Source: Nageia nagi
Taxonomy: Eukaryota > Plantae > Pinophyta
Assembly (NCBI GenBank): GCA_050084985.1
Contig: JBITNC010000001.1
Location: 80,972,001 to 81,036,000 of the forward strand
Reading direction: 5' to 3'
DNA length: 64,000 nucleotides
The translations under genes were made by a program, and so were the position numbers. How positions within the stretch are numbered: the first letter of the stretch is position 1; each line of letters starts with the position of its first letter. The notes under the pieces are model-generated. The model was not told where the DNA came from, did no database searches, and worked only from the letters and a program-made list of their open reading frames with translations. This document shows positions 49,558 to 63,700 of the stretch, in pieces.

Positions 49558-50240
49558 TGTAGACCCTAAATAATGCAATGGTGTAATTAATTAGGGGAAT
49601 TAACACATGTATTATTTGGTCTATTAGTTAGTTGACATAAAGCAGGAATATGACAACAAATGATTAAGCATACAAGTTTGTTTCATTAATATGCATATTC
49701 AATTGATCAAGGAAAGACATACATCAAGAACGAGCAATATCATATACATTAGTATAGCGTTAATGCCCTAGTAATAGTACGTTGTCGATGTCATGTTAAT
49801 GATCAAATTAAAGATTTGATGAAAGATGAAATGATAAGCAAATAAATGATTTATCAATATAACGAAAGTATGATGATTCTTGAGATAAGAGATTCGTTTG
49901 TTACAAATAATAAGAGCTTACAAAGGTTTACTTTGCAAATGATGTTCGAGTCCTTGATTCTCTATCCAATCTTCAGTTGATAGAAGCCTTGGGTCTTCTA
50001 TAATCTACCCCTTATCTAGTCTCCTCCTGACAATAATCCCATTCCCTGTCTTTGTATGTCTTTAACACCTTTATATAGGGATACTTCTATTATAGGATTT
50101 GACCCCTTGTATAATCCACAAGTGTCAAATATATGGCCTACACCTTTTTTATACATTTTAAATCCCTTTTTAAATAATACATTGTTAAGGGATTAAAATG
50201 ATTTATTAAATACATAAAGGTTCATTTTGAGGCATCTACA
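49558..50240. mobile_element. Old solo LTR (~680 bp)
   Basis: TGTAGA...TCTACA termini and CCTTTATATAGG inside. Flanks ATTTC/ATCAC only partly match, and an alternative start at 49539 is possible. Confidence 0.5.
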
Positions 50241-50289
50241 ATCACCATTGTTGTTCCTTGGTTTGCAATGCAAATTGATTCTTTTTTCT

Positions 50290-50900
50290 AAGAAGGATAG
50301 TTATTATCTGGAGCTCGTGGTGCTACAAGTGGATGAGGGCATGAGGAGTATTTCAGAGAAGGTTGGATGGATGCCCTTGTTGGATCTCTTCCAAGAGGTA
50401 GATAAGATTTTGGAAATTACCTTGGCTTACTCTTGGGAGGATGGAGTGGTGGAAGCTAATGGAATTAGCTTTATCATCAATCTAGAGTTGATTGCTAAGG
50501 TGACATGTTTACAATTGAGGGGGAAAATTAATTAAGGAGAAGCATTCATTGGCCATCGAGCTCTAGCTTTTCAATGCAAAGAATGATAATCTATTGAAGA
50601 TGCAGGGGAGGATTAATAGAGAATCTCTTCCCCAAAAATGGAAGGGGATGTCATGGTAATAATGTAGTATTTGACTTTGGATAACCATCTTTCCATCCTA
50701 CATAGTTTCTATTTTGCTATCATAAAAGTGTTCAAATGAGGAAAACAAGTGAATATCTTACTTTTTTGTTCAACTCTCTTCACAAATCCATTTTGTAAGT
50801 TAAATAAGGTAAGTTAGAGGATCCTTACCATCAGGACTTATTATGTGCATTATTCAATCATGTGGTGATGGAGAGATCGAATCTGGTAAAGAGGCTTGGG
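50290..50900 (+). pseudogene. Decayed retroelement accessory ORF
   Basis: KVGWMPLLDLFQ...WEDGVVEANGISFIINLELIAKVTCL followed by broken INRESLPQKW, YLTLD, FNSLHKSI and YHQDLL pieces. It resembles uncharacterised gymnosperm TE proteins as I recall them; no search was run. Confidence 0.45.
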
Positions 50901-53900
50901 TTAGGGATTGCTTATGTAGATTCTGAAGACAGTGATGAGAAAAGAATAAAGTAAGATGATCTTAAGGATGGGGAGGATGAAGACTTCATCCTAGTGATTG
51001 ACAAACCATCTCCATTGAAAGAGACCAAATTAATGTTCACGCAGGGTGTGCTACATGGTTGTAGCAACATTGCATCAATGGTGGTTTGTAAAGCAATTTA
51101 AGTGGGTGGACATAAGAAGAAGAGCAAGGTTGAGGAGGTTTTCAAGGATTCAAATCCCCCTCTTCAACCTAAAATAAATAAGGCCCTGAATTTTGGTACA
51201 TCTTCAAGTTTGAAAGAGATGAAGGTTATGAGAAACCCTCCTTAGGAGGTGCCTATGAATCATGAGAACTATAGGGAACTCTTGTATGCTTAGATTTGTT
51301 ATATAATAGTATCTCTATTTTATGTTAATCAGGAGTATAAATAAAGGGTGGATGACCATTTGAGGAAGAATAATGTGAAGATATCCCCATATTTAGGTAG
51401 CTCTAAGGGGAAGGTAAAGTTAGTGGAGAGCCCATCTCTAGGAAGTTGCAAAGGGAAGGGAAAGGTGACCTTCTATATCATATTTCAGACCATCTTTGTC
51501 ACCTATTATCCTATTTATTTTATGGTATTTTATATATGTTGTATTTAGGGTGTCTTGAAGATCCTATTTGATGATTTTATCATTAAACTTTTTGTGTTGG
51601 GTGTATTGAAAATGTGACTAATTGTACAAGGTATAGGATCCTTTAAAAACCCATGTTTTTACCTTTTATATATATAAATAAGCAATTAAAATTACAATTA
51701 GTAATATCTAAAAGGATAATGAATATTTTTTTCTACTAAGTATTATATTTTTAGTTTATGATGTTATATCTAATTAGTTATTATATTTTATATTTTTGAC
51801 AATCACTATAGGTTGCTTTATGACATCTACTATGATGTTTGATATATGCATTTTATTTTTATTTTTTTTATAAAATATGATGCATTTTCTTATTTCTTAT
51901 TTCATTATTCTCTCATCTCCTTTGTCTTCTTTCTTTCCTTTCCTTTGGGACTTGGAACTTTGGCAAGCACAATGATTACTTAAGGTTCTAACCTTTGAAG
52001 TAAATGCATGCTCCATTATTTTCTTTCTCACTCTCTTTGGGAAAAAATGATCCAATCAAATTATCGAATGTGAGCTTTTTCAAATCTTTGATTTTGTTTA
52101 TGATGGCAGCAATGTAATACCTAGTTCCACTTTCTCATTATACATACTAATTTTGTACAAAATATTATTCACCTATACATAATCTCCCTTTTTCGATGTT
52201 TGTAACTTGAAAAACTTTACTTGAGTAGATAATTTATTTATCTTATGTAAATTAGACTAATAAATTTATTTGTATGTTCTCGTAAAGGGGATGTGTTACA
52301 TGTTGTAGGGAGTTTACAGGTTCTCAAAGACAAAGGATTATATTATTTTAAGAAGGATTTGACTATGTTGTTTTATTTATTTATTATAGATGCCAATGAA
52401 TTATTTTCTTTTAACAACCATAATGAAGTGGTGGGAGCTATACATTAACATGTTTCATCTTCCTATAGGTGAAAATAATTATGACTTAAATATGATTATG
52501 ACCTGAGGATGTTTATAGGATAATTTTCTCCCTCCTTTGAAGTAAGCAAGTGATTTTATAAGATTATATATGATATAAAGGTGAGCACATAGTATATCAC
52601 TCATTTAATTATTATTTAGCCAATTAAGAAGTCAATCAATAGTGTTACATATATGATACATAATAAGTACATCCTTTGAGAATAACTTAAATTTATCTAA
52701 TTTTGGTTGAATTGATTCATTATCACACCCTCCCTAACATGAGAGATAAAACTTTACAAATGGATCTTAGATATATAGTCTAATATATGATCGACCATAA
52801 GGTTGCATATACATGTTTAATGTTATGCTTATATATATATACCATGATATATATAGGTTTTATTTATACTAAAAAATAAACATTAAAGATGTTATAAGTA
52901 TAGGCTTAAGATTACATATCTTTGTGTAAGCCCATTATCTTACCTATGAACATAATTTTTATAAATTTTCCATTCATTTTTTGTTAGGGCCATGATGTTA
53001 AGATTGGATGGAATTAGATACATAAATTAATTAATTTCATGAGGATATAATAGATTACTTGGAGGTGGATATAATTACTTGAAGGCCATGGAGGGACCAT
53101 AGAAGATGGTTAAAGGATACTTAGGAGTTGTGAGGGGTTAAAAGGCTTAGGTGTCTTTATAAAAAAATGGAGGATTTTGAGTGATACCATCTCAATAAGA
53201 TCCTTCATTAGTTTAGGATATACTAATAGATCATGATTTTATGTATCACTCCTTGATGAAGTTGAGGTTGGTATCAATGTCGAATATGAGGATACATGCA
53301 TATAATGAGAATATCAATAAGAGGAGAGAATGAGACCCCACCATAAATTAGGTAGGATGATGTTGGTGTATTCTGATGATGAGTTCTAGTGGTAAGTCAC
53401 ACAAATTCCCTACATTATCAATCATACAAAGTAATGAGGATAAGCATGGTACATGCCCCAAGTAAAGTCAAAGGAGGAGGCCCCAATGAGTATTAAGGAG
53501 GCAATTTTCACCTTATAAACATTGAGGGAGAAGAGGGATCAATATGACCATTAGTATAGATACATGATCCCATATGGATCCTTGAAGATCCTAATGAGTA
53601 TGTTTTCAAATTAATATTTCATTTATTTATATTATGTTTACATTTATTTAATGAGATACTAATCTACTTTATTCATTTTTATGTTTGTAATATCAATAAA
53701 TCAATAGCAAGAACTCATATAGGATGTGTATGATATCATTAGGGATAATGAGTTTGATACTTATCTAGGATAACTATCATTACTAAGGTTAATTCATATT
53801 TTTTTATTTGTATTAATGACTATGAGAGAGGTATCATGCAATATGATAATACATTATTTCATTGTATAGCATTAATATGAGTTGACCATGACACTAATGA

Positions 53901-56900
53901 TAATTATAATATGTGGAGATATAATAGTGAGTAGAGTAGTAATGCACCCACATTTAGTAAATGTTGGGGATGCCTTCGCTAGATTGTTAACCCAACAATT
54001 GGTATATCATGAGAGGAATCATAATTGCAATGATGAAGAAGAGTTAGCATATATAAAGAATAACTATGAGTAATAACAAGCATTATAGAAGGTAGTTATC
54101 CCTTGTAACTAAAGGGCAATGAGTTCTATGTACAAAATACTGCTACATATTTTAAGAGACCAATATCTCCAATGAAGTAAATGGACTTCAATATGTACTA
54201 TTTTTCATTTATGTGTACTTATATTTATTTTTATATATGTTTTCATACAAGCTATACATAAATAAATTAACAAAAAATAAAAAATAATAAGTAAATAATA
54301 AAATTTATGTGTTACTATTTTTTTTCACTTCATAATATGTGTTTATAGATTTGAAACTTATGTATACTTATTTTGGTTTATCTATGTATATACATGAGCT
54401 ATAAATATACAAATTAATAAAAAATAATAAATATAAGTGAATAGTAAGTGTTATAACTGAAATAATAATTTATTAGGATTATTTAAGATATTCAATTTAA
54501 CCAAATAATAATTAAATTATAGTGAATGATAATAACATGAAAGATGATAATGATTCAAGTATAACTAATTGATCTTAGCCTATCAAACCTAGATTTATGA
54601 AAGATACAAACCTGTACTTTACCTATCACAATGATCGAAAGTGATGTTCAACCTAAAAGGTGTTAACGATAACCTTCTCTGAAAAATGGAGCCACCAAAC
54701 CGTCCTCAGCCTAGCGACCTCACTAGAAACCCAACATCATCATCCAATTATCTTTATAGAAAGCCTCACAATTTTGCTCAATGTCATCAACATACCTTTG
54801 AAGCTCATAATATTGTGCATAATTAGTTTTGAAATATTGCAGTAATGCAAAACTCAAAGTATAACAAAATCCAAATATGATAGGCTACCAAAATATGTTA
54901 CCACCTATCAAGGATTCCAAATCATATCATAATTTCTCATGCATAACCCTTCCATATTTATAGATAATAGGTCTAATGCCAAGGCTTCTCTTTGGACTTA
55001 TGGTGCACATGGACAAGACTCCTTCTTGGGCTTATCTTTGGATCAACATGTTATCATAAAATACAAAGGTAGATGAGTGTGCACAAATAAAAGAGCATTA
55101 AATCACTTAAATAAATAAATCATTTCAAATACTTAAAAGGTGTATTTTAATTAAATTAAAATTCTTTTTTAGGTGTTAACAATAAGGGATAATTATTAAT
55201 TATCCATCCACGTTAAGGAATTAATGGAAACGCTCCATAGGAGTTCCAGGTTCAAATCTTCCAATCCATACATGGTAGAATACATAAAATATTGTAGAAA
55301 AATAAAAGTATAGTTAGGGCTAGATGCAAGTCTTGAGTGATTTTGATGAAATATATACGATTATACACCCCAATCGCCACACCTAAGTCAAAGAAAACCC
55401 TTGAAAGGGGTTTTTTATCATATCAAAAAAAATATAATTACTATTTTACATATAAAAATTACTAATGATACAATATTATGATAAAACGATAAATGGTAAG
55501 TAAAAAATTCAATAAATTGAAAAATATTAAGATAATAATAAGTAAATGATAAAATTTATAATATTTTGATAAATGATAAATTAGTTGCATTTAACTAGTA
55601 AACAATAAAGTGTTATAATGATATGAGAATGACAAGTTTTTAAGTAAGAATAAAATTGTATCCTACTTTAATAAGTAATATTTTTAATGTAAAGGAAAAT
55701 TTAGGAAGTACGTCATAAAAATCCATTTGTTATATGTAATTAAATTTAAATTGAACTTTTGATGTAATTATAATATTCTAAAAACTCCATGTAAGTTAAA
55801 ATAAAAATCATTAAATTCTATCACTTGCAAATTATATTAGCATTTTTCAACAAGTGTAGTAACACTTTTTTTTAATTCACAAAGCTTGTACGTATGAGGA
55901 ACTATTATATTGTTGAAATTAACATAGAGATCATTATTATATGATGCCAAAAAAAAAAATCACGCTGTATTATTTGTGGTGGAATAATTACTTCTATTAT
56001 GAAATACATTTATTTTTAATATACTATATCATATATTTTATTTTATCTCGGTTCATATATCGAGTTTGATTTACCTCAAAATCATTTTTTTAGATGTATG
56101 CATTATATTCATGGTTTAGGTTCAATTAGAATTTTCATGAGTTATTTCTTAAAATATTACTTTGTAGTTTTAATTACTATCACTTTATCTTCATAAAGAT
56201 ATTTATGTATGGTAGAAGATATTGTTTTTATTTGATATTAGGAGTGAGATACATGGTGAGCTTCTTGCCATACTAAAATATTAATAAATTCTCTTGAGTA
56301 ATATTAAGATTCTTCGGGTAATAATTTTGATAGTATTATGAATAATATTGTCAAAACATTTTATTTGTGCATTTATTTATTTTATAGTCTTCTATGATAT
56401 AACTAAGGTATATGAGGAAATTTGTATTTCATATATTAAATTCATATATGCTATCAATCATAATGTTAATCTTTAACTTTAAATTAATATAAGTTTTTTA
56501 CGAGGAGTAGAAGTGTATTAATCTTACCTACAATGTTATATTCATGAGATACATTGTTTATTTACAATGATTGAGAACTTTACCCCTTATTTATCATAAT
56601 AACAACCAATTTATAATTTTCATTATCCTTTTGAATTGTTTAATAGTTAAGAGAGAGAATTCTTGAAAATTTTCATTATCCTTTCGAATTATCATTAGTA
56701 ATTAGTAAGTATAATTGTTTACTTACCCATCGCCTATAAGCCCACCACCAAAAGTCCCCTCTCTACGATGAAGACTACATACCATCGGTATATGGCATCT
56801 GAAATCACCTTCTAATATCATACAAAGGCAGTTATAAACTCTCTCTATATTAACTAATATGGATGGCTATAACTGCCCCTTAACTTACTCCATTATTTTT

Positions 56901-56974
56901 TAAAAGTAATGATGTTAACTATAATTTTATGGATATATGCGATGATTTACTTATCACATTTTTAAAAAAATAAG

Positions 56975-57113
56975 GCGTAGCCTAGAAGCATTCTTCCAAA
57001 TTGAAGAATGCTTCCAAGCTACACCATCCTCAGTTACTTGAGGCACCCGAGCTCAATCATAGTGAGCCAATTATGATGTTGGCCATGGACTCCTGAATGA
57101 TGGCCTGGTGGAA

Positions 57114-57158
<45 letters not shown>

Positions 57159-57391
57159 CATACATATATATATAATTGAAGCACCTAAGCTCAATCATAA
57201 CACCCAACATCATAATTGGGCTCATTATGATTAAGCTCAGGTGCCTCGAGTGTATATATATATTAATGGTGACTGGTCAATTCCATTAGGACATCCTTCG
57301 GGATTCCATGGCCAATATCATAATTGGGCTTACTATGATTAAGCTCAAGTGCTTCAGCTAACTGAGGATGGTGTAGCTTGCAAGCATTCTT
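56975..57391. repeat. Nested fold-back (inverted-repeat) element with a central (TA)n tract
   Basis: ~95-bp arms 57004-57098 / 57297-57391, inner arms ~57178-57198 / 57227-57248, plus an extra small hairpin at 56977-57022. Confidence 0.85.
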
Positions 57392-57429
57392 TTATATATA
57401 ATATACAAATGATGAAAGATAAAGGTATA

Positions 57430-57715
57430 TTCATGATCAAGTGCACCATGTATGATATGAAATGATTCAATTGCACCAGCATATATATTATTCATGATCT
57501 AATTACACCATATCAGTTTGAAATTATGCTACTATACCATATGATATGAAGTGACAAGTGCACCATATGATATAAAATGATCCAAATGCACTGATATATG
57601 TTCATGATCAAGTGTACCATATGATATAAAATGATCTAAATGCACTAACATATGATATTAAATGATCTAATTATACCATATTGGTATGAAATGATGCTAT
57701 TATACCATATGATAT
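57430..57715. repeat. Degenerate ~25-bp minisatellite (TGATCAAGTGCACCATATGATATGAAA-like)
   Basis: About 10 recurring units ending at the CACTA terminus. Confidence 0.75.
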
Positions 57716-60700
57716 CACTACTAGACAATAGGGGTCAGGTGTCAAAAAATTATCAAGCCCCTTGTATTTTTTTTAAATTATGCCTTGACATTATTACTAA
57801 TAGCGAAGTATTCATCACACTCAACATCAAAATTTACATTAGGTCACATAAAGAATTATGTCATATATTTCATCATAAAATGAGGCAAACCGTCACATAT
57901 ATCATCAAAATATAGCATCAGACACGTCAAACATACTGATGGGTAAAACATTAGAAGAAATTTTTTCATCAATAATGCCATTAGATATAACATCAAGAAA
58001 ATTATTTAAAAAATATTTTTTTGTCAGGTTTGGCATTAGGCACGATGTCAGGAATAACATAGGAAGAATGTTAAAATCAACAAAAAAAAAATTGTATTTT
58101 AAAAAAATAATTTTTTTTAGCTATTTTTTTAATGTTATTTTTTAAATTTTTATATTAAATTGAATGAATTTTTAAATTAATTCATTATACTGAATTTTAA
58201 TTTATTTATTAAATTTAATTTAATTAAATAAATATAATTGAATTGAAATTTAATTATTATTAAATTTAATGGAAGCAAACAAACATTTAAAATTCAACAT
58301 AATTTGTAAACACATTAAAAAATAATATATAGACACTTCAAATGTGTAAATATATATAAATGTATGAAAATGTTATACAATGATAACAATCATCATTACT
58401 ATCATCTAATCTAGAAACCCTCACTACCCTCACTATCTACCACTCTATTTTGTTCACTATTAGATCCATGTTCTTCATCCTCCTCATTTACCCCCTCATC
58501 AACATGCACTCTAGAAGAACCCTGCAAATAATTAAATAAATGTTAGTAAATAATCATTAATTAAAATAATTTCATAAATATCAAATCCTATTAAATAATT
58601 AATTAATAACACATAAACTATTACGAATCAAAGATTTAATGTTATTAATGTATATTAAAAGAAATAAATCTAATCTAATCTAATAAATATAATCTAAGTT
58701 AATTTTTTACTAACCAAAAATTTTGATTTGAGTTAAAGTTTTAGGGTTATGGTTACAACTTAGATTTTAGGGTTAAGGTTAGTGTTAGTGGTAAAGGTTA
58801 GGGCTAAGTGTTTAGGGTTAGGATTAGTGTACATGCACATATATATATTTAGATATGGAATCATGTATAATGTATTCTATAATTTAAAAATTAATGATAA
58901 TCATGAGCTCGTATATTTTTGAATATTGTTACTACATGGGGCGATTGATAATTAATCTTAGAGGAAATTTTATAGTTTATTTTTGGTTCTTGGAATGGAA
59001 GTTAATGTCATTGGTCAAAGCTTGATGGACATAGTCTTCTAGGATTGATTTTCATTAACCACTACTAACCCTAACCAAGCACCCTAACCCTAAAAACCTT
59101 ATACCCTTACCCTTAACCCCTTAAAACCTTATACCTTAAACCTTAAAACCCTTAAGTTGGCCTTGAACCCTTAACTTTGAATGTTAAAGCCCTAAATGCC
59201 CTAAAATCATAAAATCTTAAACCATACACCCTAAATTGCAAATCTTAACAATTACTAACACTAACCTTAACCACTAACCCTAACTAATAACCCTTACCAT
59301 TAACCTTAACCCTAACTACTAACCATTAACCATGTTTAGCCCAAATTGTAACCTTTAACCCTAACCCTAACCCTAACCCTAACCACTACTAACCCTAACC
59401 CTAACCACTAATCCTAACTACTAACCCTACCCCTAACCCTAACCACTAACCACTAACCCTAATCGTAACCACTACTAACCCTAAATGTAACCACTACCAA
59501 CCCTAAAAACCTTATACCCTTACCCCTAAATCCTTAAAACCTTATACCTAAAACTTTAAAACCCTTATGTTGGCCTTGAATTGTAAACTTTGAATGCTAA
59601 AACCTTAAATACCCTAAAATCATAAAATCCTAAACCATACACCCTAAATTGTAAACCCTAACCATTATTAACACTAACTCTAACCCTAACCATTAACCCT
59701 AACTTCCAGACCTTACCACTAACCTTAACCCTAACTACTAACCACTAACCACATATAACTCTAACTATAACCTCTAACCCTAACCCTAACCCTAACCTTA
59801 ACCACTACAAAACCTAACCTTAACCCTAACCCTAATTAATAACATTAATCCTAACCCTAACTGTAATTGCTACCAACCTTAAGAACCATATGCCCTTATC
59901 CTAAACCCTTAAAACCTTATACCTAAAACCCTTAAGCTAGCCTTGAACCCTAAACTTTGAATGTTAAGACCCTAAATATCCTAAAATATTAAGATCCTAA
60001 ACCATACACCCTAAATTGTAAACCTTAAACATTTTTGACACTAACCCTAACCCTAACCCTAACCACTAACCCTAACCACTAAGCCTTACCACTAACCCTA
60101 ACTACTAAGCCTTACCACTAACCCTAACCCTAACTAATAACCATGTCTAACCCTAACTGTAATGTGTAACCCTAACCCTAACCACTACTAACCCTAACCC
60201 TAACCCTAACCATTAACCCTAACTGTAACCACTACTAACTTTAAAAAACCTATAGCCTTACCCCTAAACCCTTAAAACTTTATACCTAAAACCTTAAAAC
60301 CCTTAAGTTGGCCTTGAACCCTAAACTTTGAGTGTTAAAAACCTAAATGCCCTAAAATCATAAAATCCTAAACCATACACCCTAAATTATAAACCCCTAA
60401 ATCCTAAACTCTTAAACCCTTAAACCCCTAATACCCTAAACCTTTAAACCTAATAAATCTAATCTAAGTTAATTTTTTACTAACCAAAAAGTTTGATATG
60501 AGTTAAAGTTTTAGCGTTATGGTTACGATTTAGGGGTTAGGGTCAAGGTTAGTGTTAGTGGTAAGGGTTAAGGGTAAGAGTTTAGGGTTAGGGTTAATGT
60601 ACATACACATATATTTAGATATATAATCATGTACAATGTATTCTATGATTTAAAAAATAATGATAATCATGAGCTCATATATTTTTCAATATTGTTACTA

Positions 60701-63700
60701 CATGGGGTGATCAATAATTAAGCTTAGAGGGAATTTTATATTTTATTTTGGTTGTTAGCATGGTAGTTAATGTCATTGGTCAAATATTGATGGACACAAT
60801 CTTCTAGGATTGATTTTCATTATCTTTTTAATTTTTTTACTAACCTACGTGATATTTTAAAGAAACTAATTTAGTTTTTTATTAACTTAAGTCTAACCCA
60901 AGTTGTAACATAAGTTATTTTTTTACTAACTTAAGCCTGAAAATGTTTATCAAAACCCTAAACTCTTAAAACCTAAAAAACATAAACCCTAACCCCTAAA
61001 CACTTAAAATCCTATACCCTAAAACCCTTAAGCCCTTGAACCCTAACCCTATAAACCCTAAACCTTGAACCCTTGTAAATCTACAAACACTTAAATCCCC
61101 CAAGTTAACATTTATAACACTAAGTAAAATATGTAAAACATATATTAATATTTGAAAATTAAATGTAATTAATTAATTTAAAGTAGATAAGGTTTTTATA
61201 CTTGCTTACCATTTCAACATCCACCTTTTCAATAAGTTTTGCAAAACCTTATTTGAGTCCATATTTGCTTTCATATTTTGTTGGAAGGCATTTATATTTG
61301 GAAAACTATAAAAAAAATTAATAAATATTTAGTTGTGAAGTATAAATATTAAAGAATTTATTAAATTAGTATACTTACAAACTTGGCATCCAACCCTAGC
61401 TTTCTTGTTGAACCCATATGATGTGTATCCACAGATAACGATATGAAAAATCCACATGCTTACGAAGCTTTTTGCTGATGTGAGGGTTCCTATGTTGCTA
61501 CCTGATGCTCCTTAGATGCATTGACTTTTGCCACTAATTATTTCCACACTTTTGGATCATAGTCAACCTTTCTATGGTAATGATTACGCTAAAATGGGGG
61601 TAGATTCTTTATCAAGAACCTAAAATGGTCTCTCCTCCAATTGAGGGCCCTTGGACTGCCCTTCTTAATGCAAACTTTGAAGCAAACCCATCTCCAAAAT
61701 CTCCTTCAAGAGAAATTTTAATTTTTTTTTTAGCTAAAAAATACATAATTATAAAAATTAGTTTTGAATTTCTTATAAAATAAGATTTTTTTCAAAATAT
61801 TATTAATAATAACATAAAACAATGTACTACTTTCATCTTGATATTTCCAATCAACATCTAAGTTCTTTACAAAAAAAGTGCATGCATACTTCCTTAGATG
61901 GTCATAAAAAACTTTCCCTATAAAATATTTGAAAATAAGGGTAAATTATTGTATTGCAAATATATATTTAAATGGATTGATTTTCAAACATAAATATATT
62001 AATTCTATGTACCCACTTCATTCTCAATTACTTCACCTCCTGGTTTCACTCTTATCTCAACTCCAAGTGAATCGATTGATGTGAAGAAGGTAGAGGGTTC
62101 TTGATTCACTGACTCTGCAGTTTCAACACTCATATCACCTTAAATAAATTTTTAATTAATTATTAAACAAAATGAATAATAAATAAAAAATGATAATAAT
62201 TAAAATATTTTTACAAATTTAAATTATGTAAAAATATTGCCACATGGAGTGGTTGGAGGCATAGATGTGATAGTACGTCGGCTGCAACTAGCTGTACGAA
62301 AGGTCCCATTACCTTGCATCCTTTCTATTTCTTTTTTGTTAATATATTTACTTGCTTATTTCAACACTTGCTTAAGTGTTCTCATCTGTAAAAAATTTAA
62401 ATAAATAATATTATTTATCTTATGAAATAAGTAGCAATATAGAAAATAAATTGATAATAAAATAGTACATACTAATACTTACAAATATTTTTTTGTCAAC
62501 ATCAGGTTCAATTGATTATTTCTTTCCTCTTTTTTGTCTCGTCTCTTCTTCATCAATAGACCTCCTCCTCTCATCCTCTTCATTGCTCATGATATCTAAA
62601 TAAATAAAATAAATAACCCATTAATAAACATATAATAAATAATACCTTTTAAATTAAAATTAATAATTTAAAACAAAAATAATCTCTACAAATCTTAAAA
62701 AATCTATTTAAAAATATTAAAATGTATTTAAAAACAAAAACATATTAAGATCATTAACATGTAAAAATTTAGGTTAAAAATTTGAGTTAATTTTTTTGGT
62801 TAAATAGGGGGGTTAAAAAATTACGTTAGGGGGCTAGGGGGGGCGATTTATGGCTTAAGACTTTAGGTTAGAGGTCGGACGTTGAAAACATTTATGTTGG
62901 GGGGGTAAAAAATTTAGGTTATAAGGGGATGGTTAATTTTTTTTGGATATAAGGGTTAAAAATTTAGATGTTTTAAATTATATTAAACTTTTAATTTTAA
63001 ATTTATTTTATTAAATTTATTAATTAAGTTAGTTATGAAGATTAAAAAAATTATATTTTAAAAAATTATTAAAAATAAATGATAAAAAAAGTCTAATATA
63101 TAACATTTTAGTGTCTCTTTTTTCTAATAGGAATAGGAGGATCAAGATTGGAGAAGGTAATTTTCCTAAATTTTTATGCAATTATTTTCCTATATGTTTT
63201 CTTTTGGTGAATTTTCATTTTTTATTTGGTTTTGGTTATGATCTCTAGTAAAAATTTTCAAAATTGGAAAACATCCAAGATTTTTTTCCAATTTTTAGAG
63301 AATTTTGGTTAAAACCTTAAGGTTTTTTCTAATTTTTATAGTGTTTTTAATAAATTTGATAAAAACCCTAGGATTTTTTTCCAAATTCTTAAAAAACCTA
63401 GCGAAAACTCTAGGTTTTTTTCTAAATTGTTAAAAATCTAGTGAAAACCCTAAATTGTTTTCTAAATTCTTAAAATCCAATGAAAACCCTAAATTTTTTT
63501 CTAAATTCTTAAAAAAATTGGTGAAAACCCTAGGGTTTATTCCAAATTCTTAAAAAATCCTTCAAATTTACAAAAAAGCTTATAGTTTTTACTAGTTTCA
63601 TGTAGATTTAAGAAACACCATATTTGTTTGCCCAAATTTTTACATTTATTTGTAAAAACCTAAAAATATATAGGAAATAAATGAAAATTTGCTAGAATGT

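Noticed and set aside
52000-56900. AT-rich region with purine-rich exon-like patches (53000-54100)
   Set aside because: Probably decayed DNA-transposon sequence, but I found no termini or protein motif that I can support.
58735-61080. True telomere or chromosome-end fusion
   Set aside because: The repeats are degenerate, organised in ~400-bp units and embedded between transposon exon remnants, with complex sequence on both sides.
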